Positions 45,536 to 55,925 of a stretch of DNA of 64,000 nucleotides are shown here, in pieces. Both the position numbers and the translations under genes were made by a program. This DNA is from Rebecca billardiae RCC1528. Taxonomy: Eukaryota > Protista > Haptophyta. The stretch is from assembly GCA_965240325.2 (NCBI GenBank), contig OZ251223.1, forward strand, positions 2,728,001 to 2,792,000, given 5' to 3'. Numbering within the stretch: position 1 is the first letter of the stretch; the number at the start of each line of letters is the position of its first letter. The notes below the pieces were generated by a model. That model did not search any database. It saw nothing but the letters and a program-made list of their open reading frames with translations, and was not told the DNA's origin.

Positions 45536-46198
45536 TTAGCAGCGATGGGTGCTGAGCGTCCGGCCGCCCAACGTCCTGCCGCCCGAGGAGAAGAATTCGA
45601 GGTCATCGATCACAACCTTGCTGTGAGTGATGGTGATGGTTGCATGTGCTGACTTGCGTGTGACAAGCGCGTCGCCAATCGTCCCACGCATGGCTCGCGC
45701 GGGGCCCGTGTCAATCTCGACGTCAGACTGTGAGCATTGGAACGTACCACCACCAAGTGGCGTCACGCGTGCACCCTGAGGGTCACGGTACTGCAACTCA
45801 AAGGGCGGTAGCAGCCGGTCGATGATGTGCGCAGCGAGGGTGGCTGCTGACATGTCGCCGAGAAGGAAGCTCATCAACGTCTGCCTGCCAAGCAGCTCGT
45901 GCAGGTCGATATCGACTGCGAGTAGAGCGCCATATTCGCTGCGTGTTGCCCGAGGAAAGCGCTCGACCGCCATGAGGGCTGCGACCACGCGGCGCCGCCA
46001 CTCCTCGTCTTCTTGTCTCACGGTTGCGGGGAGCTCCACGCCGGATATCGCGGCTCTCTTGCGCAGCGCTCCCGCGACAGCCGCTCGAAACGCTGTGCAT
46101 AGTCTGCCAAGGCGAACGATGTCACAGGGTACGCTCACGCCGCGAGCGATGACCTTCACGAGGAGGTCGGCGGGAAGCGCGCAAAGGGCCGCGTCCAT
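45536..46198 (-). CDS. F-box-like protein
   Basis: LCALPADLLVKVI...DIVRLGRLCTAFRAAV at the N-terminus. Confidence 0.6.
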   Translation of the reverse strand: MDAALCALPADLLVKVIARGVSVPCDIVRLGRLCTAFRAAVAGALRKRAAISGVELPATVRQEDEEWRRRVVAALMAVERFPRATRSEYGALLAVDIDLHELLGRQTLMSFLLGDMSAATLAAHIIDRLLPPFELQYRDPQGARVTPLGGGTFQCSQSDVEIDTGPARAMRGTIGDALVTRKSAHATITITHSKVVIDDLEFFSSGGRTLGGRTLSTHRC

Positions 46199-46390
46199 GT
46201 CCCCCGTTACTCGTTCATCGGACGACGATAACGACGAATCCCGCCGCGCCCCGCTCCGCGCCGCTCCGGAGAAATCGTGATTTATTGTTTGTGTCATGAT
46301 TGTCCATGGGAAGCAAGTGTAACGGCCCCGGTCGCCGGTCGACGCCGGCGGCCGCTGACGACGACGGCGCAACCGGTACGGGGACTGCCC

Positions 46391-48109
46391 ATGTCGAGCT
46401 CACAATCTGGACCCTACGCGTCCACGGTCTCGCCGCCACCGCAGACTCCAGCTTCCCAAGGCACGACGACGAGCACTCCCGGCGCATGTGCAGCCAGCTC
46501 CAACCTGGACTCCACCCAGCTCAGGTCGATCTGCATGTCGCTTGGCCTCTCGACTGCGGGATCGAGGGATGAGCTCATGGGGCGGATCAAGGGCACCTGG
46601 TCGAGCGCGTACCCGCCCGACACGGGCGGGTCGCTGCGCGGCGTGCGCTCGACGCCTGAGCAGCCCGAGGCAGCGCTTCGTAACGTGCCCGCCTCCGCCT
46701 TGGCGCAGCACCAATCCCAGCTGGCAGGCGCTGCGGGAGCCGAGTGTAACGCGCTGCCATACTCGTGCGCACAGGTGGCTGCGCCACCTATGCAGCGCGC
46801 GGCCACGGGAGCGATCCGGCCGGCGGTGCAGCCCTCGCCGATGTCTACACTTGAGCGTTTCTACGCAGTGGCCCCAGTGTCGCAGCCGCCACCCCCATCT
46901 GCCCAGCAGGAGTACACCAAAGGGCCGCCGCCGCCGCCACCACCCGAGGCGTCAGCCGACGCTCCGCCGCAGCTGAGCACGCAGGGCGCAGCGGCGCCCG
47001 CGGCCGCGACGCCAGCGCGACCCAAAGCGAGTGGGTCCGTGTCACCCGCCGTGACGAGCGCGCCGCGCTCTGCGGATCGCAACCAGCGCGAGCGGATGGA
47101 GCGCCTAGCGGCGAGCTCGATCAACAAGTCGGGCGTGCCCCCCCGCGACAAGCCGTCGCCCGCAGTCCAGTCGGTGTGGAGGTACCTCGGGCTGGTCGCG
47201 GGCACGCTGGGCTGCGTCTTCGGCGCGTTGCGCCGCTTCTACTCGACCGCGCCGATCAAGCTCATCCACGCCATCTTCGGCGCGTGCCTCGCCTTCTTCG
47301 GCGGCTCCTTCCCCGCGTCGCTCGCTGCGGTCGAGGCGTTCCGCAACATGGGCCTGTTCAAGCTGAGGGAGGAGGCGGACGCGATCGTCGCGGTGTGGAG
47401 GGAAGCGGGGGCGGCGAACGCCGCGGACAACGCCCTCGACGCCGATGCGGACGGCGTGCCCGACGTGCAGCAGATGGCGCCATCCGAGCTGCTCGCGCAC
47501 AAGGTCTCGATGGTGTTCGCCGCGGTGAAGCAGCCGGTGCGCGCCCAGCGCGCGGTTGGCACGCTGCTCTCCGCCTGGCTCGCCGTGCTCGCGACGATCA
47601 AGTTCGAGTTCGCGGCGTCGATCGCGATCGGCGTCGGGCTGGCCAACTACGTGGCTCGGCCATTCGTCGTGCTGCTTGCACCCCAGATTGCGCAGGCCCT
47701 TGGCTCGCACCACCACCAGTGGATCCCAGTCGTCATCGAGACGGTGCTGCACGCGATCGGGATCACGATCGCTCTCACGCTGCAGACGGTCGTGACGGCC
47801 ATGTACGCGGCCGTCGCTGGCGGCCTGCTGTGCTCGCGGTCGCTCTTTGAGCTCGCGCTCATCGCGGTAGCTTCCGAGGCGAACGACGCGTGCCGCCCGG
47901 GGGGGCTCTTTGCGCGCGTCGCTGGGGGCATCAACACCCTCGACGACACGCTCTTCGATGAGGCAGTGGGCTTTGCGATCGCTTTCGCAGGCTTCCTCTT
48001 CCAGCTGCTCAACGGCTTCGAGCTGCCCTTCCCAGAGAACCTGCTGCTCTTGCCGCTGCTGGTGATCGAGTGGCTCATCCAGTGGCAGCTCATCTGGTTG
48101 CCATTATGA
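46391..48109 (+). CDS. SAP-domain multi-pass membrane protein
   Basis: SAP LDSTQLRSICMSLGLSTAGSRDELMGRI, Pro-rich linker, several TM helices and a DADADGVPD loop. Confidence 0.8.
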   Translation: MSSSQSGPYASTVSPPPQTPASQGTTTSTPGACAASSNLDSTQLRSICMSLGLSTAGSRDELMGRIKGTWSSAYPPDTGGSLRGVRSTPEQPEAALRNVPASALAQHQSQLAGAAGAECNALPYSCAQVAAPPMQRAATGAIRPAVQPSPMSTLERFYAVAPVSQPPPPSAQQEYTKGPPPPPPPEASADAPPQLSTQGAAAPAAATPARPKASGSVSPAVTSAPRSADRNQRERMERLAASSINKSGVPPRDKPSPAVQSVWRYLGLVAGTLGCVFGALRRFYSTAPIKLIHAIFGACLAFFGGSFPASLAAVEAFRNMGLFKLREEADAIVAVWREAGAANAADNALDADADGVPDVQQMAPSELLAHKVSMVFAAVKQPVRAQRAVGTLLSAWLAVLATIKFEFAASIAIGVGLANYVARPFVVLLAPQIAQALGSHHHQWIPVVIETVLHAIGITIALTLQTVVTAMYAAVAGGLLCSRSLFELALIAVASEANDACRPGGLFARVAGGINTLDDTLFDEAVGFAIAFAGFLFQLLNGFELPFPENLLLLPLLVIEWLIQWQLIWLPL

Positions 48110-48359
48110 GCGCGGGGAACGCCCCTGGCGGGCATGCACAGCAGCGCGGTTGATGCCGGGTTGGCGCGCGGGTGTTTTTCATATATCATATTTTTTGTTT
48201 GGCTTATTCCCGCTTTATGGCGGGCCGTATTATTTTTGCGCTTTTTGCGGGGCGGGAAAATGCCACAATATGGCCGGCGGCAACGACGACCGCGGTCGCT
48301 CGTCGGCCGTCGGCCGTCCGAATCGCAATTATCGTCGAGGCAATCGCCGTCCTGCTCCG

Positions 48360-49499
48360 ATGCAGCAGCCATCCAGCCGTGTGCATCGTGCCCTTGCACT
48401 ACTCGTTGCGATACGCAGGTCGGCCGGCATGGTCGTCACGGACCTGGCTTGCAGGCCGCACCTCCACCATTGGCTCTCGTCCGCCACGACGGATCATGAG
48501 CTTGCCACGACAGTTGCTGCAATTGCATCTTCGGCCGTGGAGCTCAGGCAGTTGATCGAGCGCGCGCCGCTCGATGGCCTTTTGGGTAGTGCCGGCTCAA
48601 TCAACGTGCAGGGCGAGGCGCAGAAGCCACTCGATGTGCTCGCGAATGATCTCTTCGTGCGCTCACTCAGCGCGTGCGCGTGCGTGTCCATCATGATCAC
48701 GGAGGAGGAAGCCCAGCCGATCCTCGTCGACGGCGCGCGGGGCTCGCTCGTCGTGGCGTTCGACCCGCTAGACGGCTCGTCAAACCTTGACTGCTCAATC
48801 CCCGTCGGCTCCATCTTTGGAATCTGGCGGTCTGTACCCGAGCAGGATGGCGGAGCCAGATCGGCACTGGCAGGGCGCAACCTGCTCGCTGCTGGCTATT
48901 GCCTGTATTCGAGCGCGTGCCATCTAGTCCTTACACTCGGGCAGCAGACTCACGGCTTCACGCTGAACAGCGCGCGTGGAGAGTTCGTGCTGACACATCC
49001 GTCGATATGCTGCCCATGTCAGGGCGCGTACTACTCGCTCAACGAGGGCCGAGAAGCGGACTGGCCAGACGGCCTGAGGCGTTACATCCAAGACGTGAAG
49101 AATGGGCGAGGAACTAGCGGCAACCGGTATTCATCGCGCTACGTTTGCTCACTAGTTGCAGACGTCCACCGCACGCTCCTTTACGGCGGGTGGGCGGGCA
49201 ACCCCCGCGCACACCTCCGGCTGCTTTACGAGGCGGCGCCCATCGCCTTCCTGGTGGAGCAGGCTGGTGGCAGCGCGACAGATGGAAGCAAACCGATTCT
49301 GGATGTTGCGGTGCCACTGCTGTCCATCGCCGACCAAGCTGGTCCGCCGGAGTTTCCCGCAAGCAGTGGCCGAGTAGACCTCCGCTCGCTCGACGTGCAT
49401 GCCCGCACGCCACTGTTCGCAGGGTCGGCCGAGGACATTGCGGAGCTCCACGCGTATGGAGACGTCGCACAGCTGGGCAGCTTTCGCTACGAGGTGTAA
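48360..49499 (+). CDS. Class I fructose-1,6-bisphosphatase, cpFBPase II-like (start may be 48429)
   Basis: NVQGEAQKPLDV, EEE, FDPLDGSSN, RYVCSLVADVHRTLLYGG..NPR.HLRLLYE. Confidence 0.92.
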   Translation: MQQPSSRVHRALALLVAIRRSAGMVVTDLACRPHLHHWLSSATTDHELATTVAAIASSAVELRQLIERAPLDGLLGSAGSINVQGEAQKPLDVLANDLFVRSLSACACVSIMITEEEAQPILVDGARGSLVVAFDPLDGSSNLDCSIPVGSIFGIWRSVPEQDGGARSALAGRNLLAAGYCLYSSACHLVLTLGQQTHGFTLNSARGEFVLTHPSICCPCQGAYYSLNEGREADWPDGLRRYIQDVKNGRGTSGNRYSSRYVCSLVADVHRTLLYGGWAGNPRAHLRLLYEAAPIAFLVEQAGGSATDGSKPILDVAVPLLSIADQAGPPEFPASSGRVDLRSLDVHARTPLFAGSAEDIAELHAYGDVAQLGSFRYEV

Positions 49500-50119
49500 T
49501 AGTGAGACGTATCGCGGCGAGCTGCAGGGCCGAGTGCGACAGATACGTAGCAGTCCGTCCCATCACCAGCACGTCGACGAACAGCGTGCCGTGGCAGGCC
49601 CCGATCGGCGGGCCAGGCGCTGCCACTAGGCGCCAGCGGCCAGAGCCCGAGCAGGGCTGCTGCCTGAGTGCCTGGCGAATTATGCGCCCGCGAATGGCGC
49701 CCGCGGCGCCCGCAGGCTCCGGCCGGCCCGCACGACGAGCCGCGACCGCGTCCAGTGCCCAAACCCCGGAGTGGCCGAGCTAGTGGGTATAGTAGCTAGG
49801 GCGGACCGTGTCATGAGAGTCTTGAAACACTTGATGGCGCAGCAGTGAAAATATGCTGACTACTTATTAGCAGACTATAAGCAGTGAAATCACGTACGAG
49901 CCAGTCATCAGTGAACTAGTAAGTAGTATATGATAGATCATGATTCAGTAATGCTCCACACCGCTCGGCCGTTATTAAGGCTAAGCATTATTAAGCAATG
50001 CGCAGCACTTGTCAGACTACGAGTGAATAATGATCGTCCATCCGAATTCATCGCCACATTCGCCGCCGACGACGACCCTCCAGGCTGTCCAGGCACGCCT
50101 GGTCCAGGGGCCGCCTGGA

Positions 50120-51688
50120 TCATGACTGAGCAGCCTGCTGCTGACCGTAGTGACGCATGACGACGCCCGGATGCGGACGGGCTGGACGGCCGGGGCGAGG
50201 GGGACGCGCTCCCGGTGGTGGGTGCGGCACGGATGTCCCACTGGGTGGCACGCTCGGCGTCGTCAGCAGCATCGCCGTTGCGCGCATCGCCGGTGGCACA
50301 GGGCGGCGGCCGCGCACGCCCGGGCCAGCCCGTGGCGGCTGGGTGTGCGGTGGTTTGGCCCTGTTGGGCGGCACCGGCGCTCCGAGGTTCCCCGTGACGA
50401 ACGTCTCAAGCTGAACAAGTACCGGTGCAAGGCGGCACACTATCTCCTGCATGCTCGGCTCGCCGCGCGCACCGCTGTCGGGGCGCGCATCGCGGGCCGC
50501 CGACGCCTCTGCGGCTGTCGCCAGCACGATGAGCAGAAGGCGTCGGCGCAGAAGCAGGAAGCGCGGATGGCCGTCGCTCCACGCGCCCACGGTGCATGCC
50601 ACGTCGGTTAGCGCGTCGCCGCCATCAGCGCGTCCAGAGTGCGCACCGAGATGGGCGAGCATCGAAGGCAGGTGCTCGAGACGCGGCATGTGTGCCAGAC
50701 CGTCACCCTGCGTGTCTCGCGAGGCGTGGGCCATGTCAGTGCGCCCTCGCGGCAGCCGCGGCACAGCTGGTCCATTGCGCTTGCCGGGCGCGGCAAGGTC
50801 GACGAGCCACGGACCGGTCACGCGCGCCTCGAGTGCTGAGCGGGCTATGGACCCTGTCCTTCCACGCTGGAGAAGGAGAGGCCGTCGCCCCCAGCTCGGG
50901 CTCGCGAGAGGCGGAGGATGCGGCGCGGCCTCGTGCGGCTGGCTCAGCGGCTGATGTCCAGCCCAGGCGCTCCGCGACGGCTGGCCCCCCAGCATTTCCG
51001 CGTGCGAGCGTAGCCGAAGAAGCATGTTCGAGCGGCGAGGTGTCAAAGAGCGTCGAGCGCCCCTGACGCCCATGGGCGGTGGAGGCCATGCCGGACCGTC
51101 CGTGGACCGCCACGCGCCCAGCGTCTGCACCTGGTCCACCCCGCCATGCCCCAGGCAGACGGCCCACGCCCACGCGGGCGGCTCGGGGGGCACATCGGCG
51201 CACGCACGCACGAGCTTGTACGGCGTGACGAAGAGTAGTACTCCGTGGACCACCGACGCAATGCGCGCACGCGAGAGCGCGACACGTTGCGGCTGGCCCT
51301 CCTCGCGCCAGGAGTCGTCGCCAGCGTCGCCCACGAGCGTCCCATCGTGACACGCAAGCGCAATGTCGCGGGCGATCGCGCCCGCGTGCGCGTCCGAGAC
51401 GGCCTGCGCGACAATCACGACGACCAAAAGTGGTGCGAGCCCCGCGGAAGCATAGTGTACGGCGACATCGCCGAGTTTGTAGGCTCGAAGTGCCGGCTCT
51501 TGTGTGTCTGCACTCGAGGCGCCGTCCACTTCTGATGCATTGAGATGCCATGCGAAGAGGAGGGCGCCGAGCTGCAGCTCGTCGACGGGTGGGCCGTCTG
51601 CATCCGATGGGAGCCCAAAGTTGGGCTCGTACGCACGGGCGAAGAGCACCTGCCCGGAGTGCGCGTGGATGCACAGCACCCCATTCAT
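50120..51688 (-). CDS. Protein with N-terminal longin-like domain
   Basis: MNGVLCIHAHSGQVLFARAY...LGALLFAW...YKLGDVAVHY...LLVVVIV fits the longin pattern; the remainder is low complexity. Confidence 0.55.
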   Translation of the reverse strand: MNGVLCIHAHSGQVLFARAYEPNFGLPSDADGPPVDELQLGALLFAWHLNASEVDGASSADTQEPALRAYKLGDVAVHYASAGLAPLLVVVIVAQAVSDAHAGAIARDIALACHDGTLVGDAGDDSWREEGQPQRVALSRARIASVVHGVLLFVTPYKLVRACADVPPEPPAWAWAVCLGHGGVDQVQTLGAWRSTDGPAWPPPPMGVRGARRSLTPRRSNMLLRLRSHAEMLGGQPSRSAWAGHQPLSQPHEAAPHPPPLASPSWGRRPLLLQRGRTGSIARSALEARVTGPWLVDLAAPGKRNGPAVPRLPRGRTDMAHASRDTQGDGLAHMPRLEHLPSMLAHLGAHSGRADGGDALTDVACTVGAWSDGHPRFLLLRRRLLLIVLATAAEASAARDARPDSGARGEPSMQEIVCRLAPVLVQLETFVTGNLGAPVPPNRAKPPHTQPPRAGPGVRGRRPVPPAMRATAMLLTTPSVPPSGTSVPHPPPGARPPRPGRPARPHPGVVMRHYGQQQAAQS

Positions 51689-51771
51689 GGCGCCAGCCGC
51701 CTCTCCACCGCCATCTTTGAACCTCCTATTAAAGGCCCAACGGCCAACGGTCCCCGAATCTTAATTATTTA

Positions 51772-52376
51772 TGGAGCGCTCGTTGGAACTTGGCGGGGCT
51801 TGGAACTTGACACCGCATTTCCCAGCGAAGTGCCCCATCTCGGCGGGGCTGGCACGGTCGGCACACGCTCCTGAGCGCTCGCTTCGCGGTGCGGCAGGCC
51901 TTGGGCAGCCCAGACAGACATGCCGCGACCGAATTACCGGGCCATGCGCGCACCACACCCGCGCCACATGGCCTGCGCGCTGGACGACTGAGAGGCAACG
52001 CCGAACCACTGCATTCCACTGCCCCGCATGCACCCCAAGTCACCTTCAGAGGGCGTCGACGAGCGCAGAGCGGGTGCGTGGGAGTTCGACCAGCTCGTGT
52101 ACCTTCTTGCTAGCACCAGCGGCGAGGTCGCAAGCCGAACCTTGACCAGCCGTGGAACTTGAGCTGGTCGGCAGCAAAACCACCGTTTAACCCGGATCAA
52201 GTTAGCAGCGTGCGAGGAGGAGGCGCGGTGCGCGTCCGCGGCTGGCGAGAGGCGTCCGGACCGTGCCGTTCTCGGCCGCGCCCACGCGCTTCCCGCCGCC
52301 GCGGGCCCCGTGTACGCCCGTCGTCGCCCTCGCCGCGCGGGCGCCAAACCGGCGTCAAGTTCCAACGAACGCTCCA
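51772..52376. mobile_element. 605-bp MITE, ~24-bp TIR, TA TSD
   Basis: TA|TGGAGCGCTCGTTGGAACTTGGCG ... CGTCAAGTTCCAACGAACGCTCCA|TA; internal GGAACTTG repeats. Confidence 0.85.
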
Positions 52377-52605
52377 TAGGCCTCATGCAGTTCTGGCTTT
52401 TAATTTCGCAACCTGATTACCCCCATACACGGCCTTTGTGCTCGGCTTATGGGCTTATCACAGAGGGGGGTATGATATGGTAACGAGCTCGTATCGGCGA
52501 ACTCGTCGGGTTCCGGGAGCGACGCCCGGAACCACTGCGTGCATCTCGTGCCCGAGGACCTGCGCAGCCTGATCCCGCCTAGCGCGCAGTGTGATTGCGG
52601 GGGAC

Positions 52606-53307
52606 ATGTGGGCGTGCTTCTACACGGCGCTGTTCGTGGCTGTGCCCACTTTGAGCTTGTGGGCTGCGCACCATGTGAAGCACCAGGCAGCCTTCTTCAA
52701 CTGGCCGTACCTCCTGCTCTCGCTCTTCTGTATGATCAACGCGATGATCTCCGTGTGGGAGATCTCGCTGTTTGTGAACATCCAGTGGATCGCGGAGAAC
52801 TTTCAGCGCCTAAAAAAGAAGCACGAGAAGGGGACGCTCCCACCGGTGTTCATGTTCCAGCACGTGCCTGTCGCGGAGGCCTTGAGCATGAAGTACTGGG
52901 CCAACGTGTGGCTGCTCTACGCGTTTTACGACTCGAGCTACGCGGACGACAAGAGCTACGGCTTCTGGGTCGACACAGGCAACGGCCTCGTCACGCTGCT
53001 GCCTTCGATCCTCTTCGCCCTGGGCATGACGTTCGACATCATGCCCGCCCGACATCTCGGGCTGCTGGGCTTCGTGACGTTCTGGCAGATGCTGTACGGC
53101 ACATGCCTGTACTTCTGGCAGTTCTTCCACCACAAAAGGCTGTCGGAGCACGGCTGGCGCAACCGCGGCTTCCGCAACGCCATGATCCTCGTGCTCGTAT
53201 CGAACGGCATCTGGATGGTCTTCCCTGCGCTCGGCATGTACAATGCGTACCGTCTCGCCATCGAGGGACAGCCTGCGCTCGATCAGCTGCGCAGCCTGAG
53301 CGTATAA
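52606..53307 (+). CDS. EXPERA/emopamil-binding-protein-like membrane protein (sterol isomerase-like)
   Basis: WEI...WLLYAFYDSSYAD...LYGTCLYF...NGIWMVFP pattern with about five TM helices. Confidence 0.75.
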   Translation: MWACFYTALFVAVPTLSLWAAHHVKHQAAFFNWPYLLLSLFCMINAMISVWEISLFVNIQWIAENFQRLKKKHEKGTLPPVFMFQHVPVAEALSMKYWANVWLLYAFYDSSYADDKSYGFWVDTGNGLVTLLPSILFALGMTFDIMPARHLGLLGFVTFWQMLYGTCLYFWQFFHHKRLSEHGWRNRGFRNAMILVLVSNGIWMVFPALGMYNAYRLAIEGQPALDQLRSLSV

Positions 53308-55449
53308 GACGACACGCCGTGGCACGCTGCCGGGGGAGAATGGCAGCGCGCCTGTGCTGAGCGCAGCTCGGCTGCGCGCGCTCGAGCAGGTTTTCGAGCC
53401 CGGGCGGCATGACGAGGCAGCTGGCACGCGGGTGAGAGCCCCGCGATGCCCGATGACGGCGGCTCGCGCGTGGCAGCTGCTCGCGTAAGTCTGCTGAGCA
53501 GGCCTCCGTTCCTCTGTACCTGCGCAGCAAACATGGCGCCGCGCATCCGCCTCGCGCAGGTGCAGGCAGGCTTCCTGCCGCGACGCTCGCTGACTTCGAG
53601 TCCCGGGTCAGCGAGCGAGATGTATCGGAGAGCGCGTCGGAAAGCGCGAGCCAGCCTCGTGGGACCGCAGCGCAGGAGCAACACTCCGAATCTTGCCATC
53701 GCTCCGGGACTCGGCCAGAACCCTGGGCCGTCCAAACATATCCGGATCCGCGATTGTATTCGTAACAATTCGACAGGTTGGTCTTGGCACTTGCCAGGCA
53801 GACATCAGCATTGATGGCATCACTGACGCCGGTGACTGGCGTCTGGTCCCAGGCCTGGGGAGGGCTCCCTCCAGCGCACTATATATTCAGTAATATATTC
53901 CGACGACCACAGCTTTACTAATAATAAAGAGCAGTATGTTTCAAAAATAAAAATGCGAACTTGAAGTGAGTTCATATGATTTAAAATTAAATACTTTCTT
54001 ATTAAGTACAAGCGGTCCTCGTCTTGGCACCGCTTCTCTAGGGGCTGATCGTATGTGTATCCCGACGACATCATGATGAACATTAGAGTCTTATTTAGAG
54101 CAGCGCCCTTTGCCGCACCGTCACCAGAAGGCGCCAGGCGGGCAAGGCGGCGACGTCGTCGACAGTTGGGATCAGTCGAGTGGTAGTCGCTGGCGTCGGC
54201 GCTGCTGAGGGGGCTGCTGCGAGTCCCCTTGGTGCCGAGCTGGTTACCTCGGGGGCATCAGCTGACGAGCCCGGCTGTGCCAGTGATATCCGGACCCCTT
54301 GTGAGCTCCGCGCCAGGCCCACCAAAACCAACTGCGCAACAATGCAGGCCCGGCTGCTGACGGCTCAGCTGCCAAATCCCGAACTGATGATGATTCAGAT
54401 GATGAGTGATGTGAGGCCCACTTTGATGAGTACTTTGACTTGGTCTTGAGGGACCGTTACAAACTAACTACCACTGGGGGCGAATTAGACGCGGTAGTCG
54501 TATACAGAGCAGGCTCCGCGAAAGTCCCTCGTGGCACGAGTAGAGGGTGGCCAAGATCGCAGCCGGACTTGCGCTCGGCCGCCTGCCTCAGGCCGAATGG
54601 CAGGCAGGTGTTGATACGGCGCATTGCGCTCCCACCGGCCACCACTATGCAGACCTCGATTACTACAGGGTCCCCAACAATTGTTCGGACACTGATTTTT
54701 GCTGACTACGGCTGCTGACGATGAGATGGGCCAAGAGGCTCACAGTAGCGCCATGGACCTTACTTCTCGGATGACGACAGGATGTGGTTGCAGCGAGCGG
54801 CGCGCTCAGCGTTTGGCCAGGGCTGGCTTGGATGTACAGCTCAACCGACTAGCGGTTGGCTCTGAACAGGTCCACGGAGCCCCCGCAGGTGGCATGCCTG
54901 CTAAAATTCGTATCTGGCGCACGGTTGCATTTGTCGGCGGGCGGGTTGGTGCGCGCACTGGTGGACCTCCAGCGTTCGCTGCGGGTAGTGGCGCCGACTG
55001 TAGCCCTTGCCTGCACGGCCAGAGCCGATCGACTGGCTGTGCAGCAGCTGTGCAAGAGAGGTGCGCAACTGGTAGCCTGGTCCGATCGGGCCGTATATAC
55101 TCCTGGTGTCGCGCTACGCCCGGGCTTGCCCAGGGCTGTCGAGCGCATGTCGCATAGTCACCGACCATGCCACGTAATAATATCTGCGCGGCCTTGAGCG
55201 GGCTTGCTGGCTACAGACATGCGCAGAAGCCACACGGCTGCTTCACGGCCCTCACGACCAGCCTTGTGCCGACTGTCCGCATGACCTAGAGGGGTGCTCA
55301 ACGCGGGCTGCCCGGCTATGCGCGGTCGCAGACAGACCTAGTGGGGTGCACACGAACCGAGCTGGCCGCTCCTGACCCCGCTCGAGGCAGCCACAGGCCG
55401 TACGCTGAGCTGCTGCCCAAAGTGTCCAGTTAATGTTGGAGACCCTGTA

Positions 55450-55776
55450 CAATCAGTTATATTGTGCCAATAACCCCACACATATACACGGCTGCCGTCT
55501 GCCGCAGCTGCTCGCCGCTAGGTCGGCGGGCGGCGACATTGACTACGACCTCACCCTCATCCAAGTGCTCCGGAAGGCGCTCGGCCGCGGCGGCATCTGC
55601 CGTCGCCGCCGCGTGCCCCAGGCCGAGGCGGTGCTCCATCCCGCCCCCGGCCCTGCTCCCTCAGAGGGGCAGGGCTGCGGGTGGCGCACTGCCTGACCTG
55701 GTTGGAAGGTGCGGACGCATTCTATGTGTCTGCTGCACTCTGAGCCTGACGCTTGCCCGTTGCATACCACGTCGTT
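55450..55776 (+). repeat. Diverged, probably longer copy of the (TA)n-associated repeat (5' boundary approximate)
   Basis: Ends CTGACGCTTGCCCGTTGCATACCACGTCGTT followed by a TA-rich tail; reverse complement of the start of 10498-10610. Confidence 0.6.
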
Positions 55777-55925
55777 TTTAGATATATATATAGATAGATA
55801 GATATGTCAGCCGAGGCCGTATATACTATATATTAACCGTTATGTTATAAGTTAATATATATATATATATATCGTGAATTATTTATTATGCATCAGCGTC
55901 AAATTCCAAATAGGCTAGCTGAGTG

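Noticed and set aside
54090-55430. Possible decayed retroelement coding region (DIRS/LINE-like)
   Set aside because: Composition differs from the genes, but no RT, RNase H or recombinase motif could be read; it needs a frameshift-aware HMM search.
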